A stretch of 63,973 nucleotides of DNA, filler included, from an uncultured bacterium (GTDB taxonomy: Bacteria > Hinthialibacterota > Hinthialibacteria > Hinthialibacterales > Hinthialibacteraceae), in NCBI GenBank assembly GCA_964449065.1. It is 12 parts of 12 records of this genome, joined end to end, with 100 filler letters (N's around TTAATTAATTAA, not from the genome) between each part and the next. Parts side by side here need not be neighbours in the genome. Positions count along the whole stretch, not along the records: positions 59,174 to 63,973 come from CAYVAZ010000366.1; 11 more parts are not named here. One strand, 5' to 3'. Made by a program: the position numbers and the translations under genes. The notes below the pieces were generated by a model, which was given only the letters and a program-made list of their open reading frames with translations, was not told the origin of the DNA and did not search any database. Positions within the stretch are counted from its first letter, which is position 1, and every line of letters begins with the position of its first letter. Below, piece by piece: positions 59,276 through 63,973 of this stretch.

Positions 59276-59304
59276 GGTTTATCTATGGAAACAAATTCTA
59301 TGTT

Positions 59305-60882
59305 TTATAAGAAGAAAACGTACGTAATCAACGCGAACACCGGAAATAAAATACATACGCCATACGCGAAGAAATAGCCGAAGAAACTGGGCATGGGCAC
59401 ACCGGCCTCTTCCGCGATGGAACGCACCATGAAGTTCGGCGCGTTGCCGATATAGGTGCAGGCCCCGAAGAATACCGCTCCGGCGGAAATCGCTTCCAGA
59501 TAAATCTCTCGTTCTTGGATCAACTGCTGCACCGCTGTGCCCTCCGCGATACCTGGGAAGAAGCTGCCCAGCGCGGATGACAGAAATGTCAGGTAAGTCG
59601 GCGCGTTATCCAAGAAGGCGGAAAGGATTCCGGTAATCCAGAAGTAATGGATCGGCTGGGTGACGGATTCAATGAGAAACGAGGCCGCGCCTTCGCTGCC
59701 CGCCTGCAAGATCTTGAGGCAGGGGATCATCGCCATAAAGATGCCCGCGAACAGATAGGCCACTTCTTTAATCGGAAACCAGGTGAACTCGTTGGTTTCA
59801 CGGATAACTTTGCTGGTGAACACCAACGAGAGAATCCCCATAATCACCAAAAGAATATCGCGCAGCCAGTGTTCGATGAACCGGTCGATTCCCAAAATTT
59901 GAACCGTTCCCATTTTCCACAATCCGCTCATCAACACGGCCAAGACCACGCCCGCCAAGAATAAAAAGTTGATCAGCCCCTCCATGCGCAACGGCTCTTT
60001 TTCCGCGGAAGTATCAAATATAACGTTTTCTTTTTTGTAATAGAACAAATCCATTACATAATAAAGCCCCAGCAAGATCACGATACAAATCAGCATGTGG
60101 GGAAGTAGATTAAAAGTCCAAAAGAAGGGGACACCACGCAAAAAGCCCAAAAACAAGGGCGGATCGCCCAGCGGGGTAAGGGATCCCCCAATGTTCGCCA
60201 CCAAAAAGATGAAAAAACATACCATAAAGGTTTTATTTTTGCGGTCTTTATTGGCACGCAAGAAAGGGCGAATCATCAGCATGGCGGCACCGGTGGTCCC
60301 CATCCACGATGCCAATACGGTGCCGATCAACAGCATGGTGGTGTTGACGATGGGGGTGCCAACCAGCGTCCCCCGCAGCAAAATTCCACCGGAAATGGTA
60401 TAGAGCGACCACAGCAGGATAATGAAGGGGATGTAATCCAGCATATAAATGTGCAATATGTCATAGACGGCGTCCCCTCCATACGCAAATAAGTAGGGGA
60501 TCGCCAAACAAAGCGCCCAAAAGGCGGATATTTTCGGGAAGTGGTGGTGCCAAAAATGGGGGGCTAACAGTGGAAATAACGCGATGGAAAGCAAGATGCC
60601 GACAAACGGAATGCAGGTCCATAAGGGAAGTTCCGCTCCGGATACGCCGTGATGGCCATGCCCGTGACCGTTGCCATGCTCATCCCCGTGTTCATCCCCG
60701 TGCGTTCCAGCGTGTTCATCGGCATGTTCGCCTTCGGCGTGGTCTTCAACTTGATCACCGGCATGGGTGGCATCATGCTGTTCGACGCCGGCTGTTTGCT
60801 GCGCGTCCGGAACCGGTGCGGGAATGACGAAATAAAAAACGATTAAAATACCCAACGAAAGCAGAATGGAGAGATTTTTCAT
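59305..60882 (-). CDS. Sodium:proton antiporter-type transporter (IT superfamily) with His-rich loop
   Basis: GTTGAAMLMIRP, NIGGSLTPLGDPPLFLGF, SAFLDNAPTY, TYIGNAPNFMV. Confidence 0.88.
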   Translation of the reverse strand: MKNLSILLSLGILIVFYFVIPAPVPDAQQTAGVEQHDATHAGDQVEDHAEGEHADEHAGTHGDEHGDEHGNGHGHGHHGVSGAELPLWTCIPFVGILLSIALFPLLAPHFWHHHFPKISAFWALCLAIPYLFAYGGDAVYDILHIYMLDYIPFIILLWSLYTISGGILLRGTLVGTPIVNTTMLLIGTVLASWMGTTGAAMLMIRPFLRANKDRKNKTFMVCFFIFLVANIGGSLTPLGDPPLFLGFLRGVPFFWTFNLLPHMLICIVILLGLYYVMDLFYYKKENVIFDTSAEKEPLRMEGLINFLFLAGVVLAVLMSGLWKMGTVQILGIDRFIEHWLRDILLVIMGILSLVFTSKVIRETNEFTWFPIKEVAYLFAGIFMAMIPCLKILQAGSEGAASFLIESVTQPIHYFWITGILSAFLDNAPTYLTFLSSALGSFFPGIAEGTAVQQLIQEREIYLEAISAGAVFFGACTYIGNAPNFMVRSIAEEAGVPMPSFFGYFFAYGVCILFPVFALITYVFFL

Positions 60883-61316
60883 AGGAACCTCAAATGTACG
60901 GATGTAGTGTCATACTTTCCCTGAACCGGATGCCATGGCATGAGAGAAACGGAAATAAAGTAACGATTGCAAACGGCACATATTTTTGCAAAGAGTACAC
61001 CATTTGCAAAGTGCTGTAACGGTTTTGCACACACAATTTAGGAAAGATTAAAATAAAATTGCCATTTTCTGCTGGAAAAAATATAATATAAGTGAAAAAT
61101 AAATAAGTAGAAGCGTTACGCATGTAGATTTTGTCCGTTTACCTTGCGGGTAATGGCAAAATTATATTTATTGCGAAACGCAATATTACGGGATGATGTG
61201 GTATGGTGAATGAACATATGGTGGAACCAACAGTTAGCGCAGGGGCGTTGTCTCATCCGGTGTATGGAAAAACAGCCAGCCGTAGCCGTTCCGCGAAAGC
61301 GGACCGTTCAGTAACC

Positions 61317-61922
61317 ATGGCTTGGGATGAATCCATAACCGACGAAGAGCTGATGCTGGCCTGTCAAAAGGGAAACGAAACGGCATTAGAGGCTTTGTAT
61401 CAGCGGCATTACCGTCCCATCTTTTTGTATATTGCCAGGATGATGGGCAACAAACGCGACTTGGCGGAAGATTTGGCGCAAGAGACCTTTATTCGTATCT
61501 ACGTTAACCGCGCCTCATGGAAGCCGCAAGCAAAATTTACGGCGTGGCTGTACCGAATCGCGCGAAACTTATGCATCGATGAGAAGCGCCGCTACTGGAA
61601 CCGCAACGTTCATGCCGAAAGCAGCATGGTCTCTAATGATGAAAGCCGCGATATTCCGTTTTTGGATCGGATTGAAGACGAAAACGGCGACGCGCGCCAT
61701 GCGTTGGAATCTAAAATGCATGAAAATCTAATCAAGCAGGCGATCAACCAACTTTCCGAAGAACAGCGTGAAGTGATTGTTTTAAATAAATACCAGGGCC
61801 TGTCGTATGGTGAAATCGCCGAAATATTGGGCGTCTCGGCAGAATCGGTTAAACAGCGCGCTTACCGGGCGCATTTAAAGTTACGAACCATCTTGGAGCC
61901 CGTTTTAAAAGACTACGCCTAG
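61317..61922 (+). CDS. ECF sigma-70 factor
   Basis: AEDLAQETF, WLYRIARNLCID, GLSYGEIAEILG; start may be 61203. Confidence 0.95.
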   Translation: MAWDESITDEELMLACQKGNETALEALYQRHYRPIFLYIARMMGNKRDLAEDLAQETFIRIYVNRASWKPQAKFTAWLYRIARNLCIDEKRRYWNRNVHAESSMVSNDESRDIPFLDRIEDENGDARHALESKMHENLIKQAINQLSEEQREVIVLNKYQGLSYGEIAEILGVSAESVKQRAYRAHLKLRTILEPVLKDYA

Positions 61923-61958
61923 ACGTAAAAAATAGACCGATGAAGGACGAGCAAGACC

Positions 61959-62633
61959 ATGAGCCTTACCAACTGCCAAAAGCACAATTGTGACTACCAC
62001 GACGAATTGTTGACGGTATACGCTTCCGGCCATGCCACACAGCAAGAGCGTCAACGGGTGGAAAAGCTCTTGGCACAATGCCCGGATTGCCGCCGCAAGG
62101 TTATGGAGCTGGAGCAAACCTGGTGGGCTTTGGATATATGGGAAGAAGACGAACGCCAAGTGCCGCTGCATCTTACCCGGTTCCGTGCGCGTTTTAACGA
62201 AGTAAAAACCCAACAGCCGGTTTGGCAAACCGTGTTTGAAAAAGCCGCGTTCTTCTTCCGCCCCGCTCAATTGGTGCCGGCCATGAGCATGGCTGCGGTG
62301 TTGATTATTGCGTCGATTGTGATGTTGCAGCCGGGCATGATGCCGAATACTTCCAGCACCGACAATTCTGCATTGAAAAATATAGTGAGTGCCGATACAA
62401 CACAAACCATTGCTACCGCTACAGCAACCGTATCGGAATCCGGCACGCTGGAATCGCGTTTTGATTATTATGTGGCCTTAAGCCGGCATGAGCAGTCCAA
62501 GCGGACGCAAAGGCGGAATTCCAATATCCAAACCGTTGGCTATATCCCCAACAAACAAATCCTCTCTTCTTTCGAAGCCATGGATGAACGGCCGCAATTG
62601 CGGCCGGGCGTAATTGCGGTCTCACAGCGGTAG
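61959..62633 (+). CDS. Zinc-finger anti-sigma factor (zf-HC2-like) with one TM helix
   Basis: LLAQCPDC, central TM helix, directly after ECF sigma. Confidence 0.8.
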   Translation: MSLTNCQKHNCDYHDELLTVYASGHATQQERQRVEKLLAQCPDCRRKVMELEQTWWALDIWEEDERQVPLHLTRFRARFNEVKTQQPVWQTVFEKAAFFFRPAQLVPAMSMAAVLIIASIVMLQPGMMPNTSSTDNSALKNIVSADTTQTIATATATVSESGTLESRFDYYVALSRHEQSKRTQRRNSNIQTVGYIPNKQILSSFEAMDERPQLRPGVIAVSQR

Positions 62634-62634
62634 A

Positions 62635-63973
62635 TTAATTGAAGCGGATCAAGATTCGCCGGTTGATGACGGGATTGTTTTGAACCACTGGTTTTTTGCC
62701 GGGTAGAGTCACCGAAAGTTCATCTACAACATCGATATTCCCTAAGCCGAAGTGCGCAACCGGACTGCTTTGCGAGAGAAAACTGTGTGAGGAAAACACT
62801 TCCTTCATCTGCCGTATGCCGCCGTATTTGATGATCACTTTCGCGCCGAAGGCAGGCATGTCGTGAGAATTTCTGACATCAACTTGCAGCCAATGTTTTG
62901 CCGGGCTGATATTCTCGAACAAATACGGTCTGCCATCCAAATTGTTCAATACAATATCCACATCGCCATCGCGGTCAAAATCGGCCGCGGCCGCTCCGCG
63001 GGATACTCCCTTTAGCGAATGCACACCGTCAACCGCGTCTGAGATGTCCTGTAAACCTTTTCCAGCCTTGTTGTGAAAGAATTGATTCCGTTGAGCATAA
63101 CCATGCAATGCAGCCAGTTCATCCGCTTGTGGATAGACATGTCCGTTGAATACTGCCGCGTCCGGGAAGCCGTCGTTGTCAAAATCTTCTACCACCAATC
63201 CAAACCCAACCATTTTGACGGAATGCATACCGAACCCGCTGGTTAAGGACGCATCCAAAAATTGCATATCGTTTTGATTATCATATAGAATATTGCGTTC
63301 GCTTTGATAGTTGGTTACGAAAATATCGGCGAGTAAATCCAGGTTATAATCACAAATTGCAACTCCCATACTGCCTTGCTCGGCGCCGTCTTCACTGAGC
63401 GCGGTGCCGGCGATGAGCGCGATTTCTTCAAACCGCCCGGTGCCGTCATTTTCGTAGAGATGATTGGCGGTGGAATCGTTGGCGACGTATAAATCCAAAT
63501 CGCCGTCGTTGTCTAAATCGGACCACATTCCGGTAAAGGCTCTGCCTTTTTCAAAAGGAATCAAACCGCGCGTTTCGGTTTCATGGCGAAACGTGCCGTC
63601 TTTATTGTTGATAAACAGGTTATCGGAAGCGGGTTCATACGCCCTGGGCCCAATAAACGCCATAATGCCGTGAAAAGGAGCCAGTTTGCCTTTTCGGTCG
63701 GCAATTTCTTTTGAGAATTCTGCGTACTGCCCAACATATAAATCCACAAAGCCGTCGTTGTTGATATCCGCAAAGGCAGCGCCGGTACTCCATCCGTTAT
63801 TTTGCGCGCCATTCGCGTTTTCCGTTTTTGAAAAAGTTCCACTGCCATCATTTAGATACAGCTGATTCGGCCCGTAGTTGGTAAGGTAGCAATCCAAATC
63901 GCCATCGTTATCGACATCCGCAAAGCAGGCGCCGGTGCCAAAGCCTTCATCACCCAAACCGCTTGCGTCCGTG
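62635..63973 (-). CDS. CRTAC1/ASPIC-UnbV family FG-GAP protein, 5' truncated
   Basis: DLDNDGDLDLYVAND, SRGAAAADFDRDGD, SFLSQS..HFGLG. Confidence 0.92.
   Translation of the reverse strand, partial: TDASGLGDEGFGTGACFADVDNDGDLDCYLTNYGPNQLYLNDGSGTFSKTENANGAQNNGWSTGAAFADINNDGFVDLYVGQYAEFSKEIADRKGKLAPFHGIMAFIGPRAYEPASDNLFINNKDGTFRHETETRGLIPFEKGRAFTGMWSDLDNDGDLDLYVANDSTANHLYENDGTGRFEEIALIAGTALSEDGAEQGSMGVAICDYNLDLLADIFVTNYQSERNILYDNQNDMQFLDASLTSGFGMHSVKMVGFGLVVEDFDNDGFPDAAVFNGHVYPQADELAALHGYAQRNQFFHNKAGKGLQDISDAVDGVHSLKGVSRGAAAADFDRDGDVDIVLNNLDGRPYLFENISPAKHWLQVDVRNSHDMPAFGAKVIIKYGGIRQMKEVFSSHSFLSQSSPVAHFGLGNIDVVDELSVTLPGKKPVVQNNPVINRRILIRFN

Noticed and set aside
60974..60990. Sigma54 promoter GGCAC..TTGCA
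   Set aside because: GG-to-GC spacing is 11 nt rather than the required 10

Overview
This is not one locus. It is a pseudo-scaffold of 12 short contigs (~5.2-5.5 kb, in descending length) joined by 100-nt N/TTAATTAATTAA/N linkers, i.e. the tail end of a fragmented metagenome bin, so neighbourhoods hold only within a contig. Most contigs look like one moderate-GC diderm bacterium, PVC/Sumerlaeota-Hinthialibacter-like by inference from its pilin-like, Tat, double-ModA and BatA/DUF58 genes. They carry purH-like, galK, modABC, rpsL-rpsG-fusA-tuf, lgt, phnDCE, pyrG, an ECF sigma/anti-sigma pair, several TA modules and many palindromic REP/MITE-like repeats. Two AT-rich contigs (21935-27187 gingipain-like C25; 53886-59073 TonB receptor plus lipoprotein) look Bacteroidota-like and are probably contaminants. 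Best leads: (1) an integron-type cassette array (attC at 35170-35259 plus two degenerate sites) with TA modules and a PRTase + SLOG/DprA-like pair, a candidate anti-phage system; (2) a shared C-terminal [VI]x[DE]WS[LV]Y-stop motif on two adjacent paralogous proteins next to a pilin-like gene, a candidate sorting signal; (3) a host palindromic repeat fixed in-frame inside galK; (4) a five-unit 111-114 bp palindromic tandem array at the purH 3' end; (5) a divergent str-operon EF-G, substitutions at near-invariant residues in RpsL and PyrG, and a sigma28-type promoter on a FlgM-like micro-gene. Family assignments come from motif recognition, not database searches.
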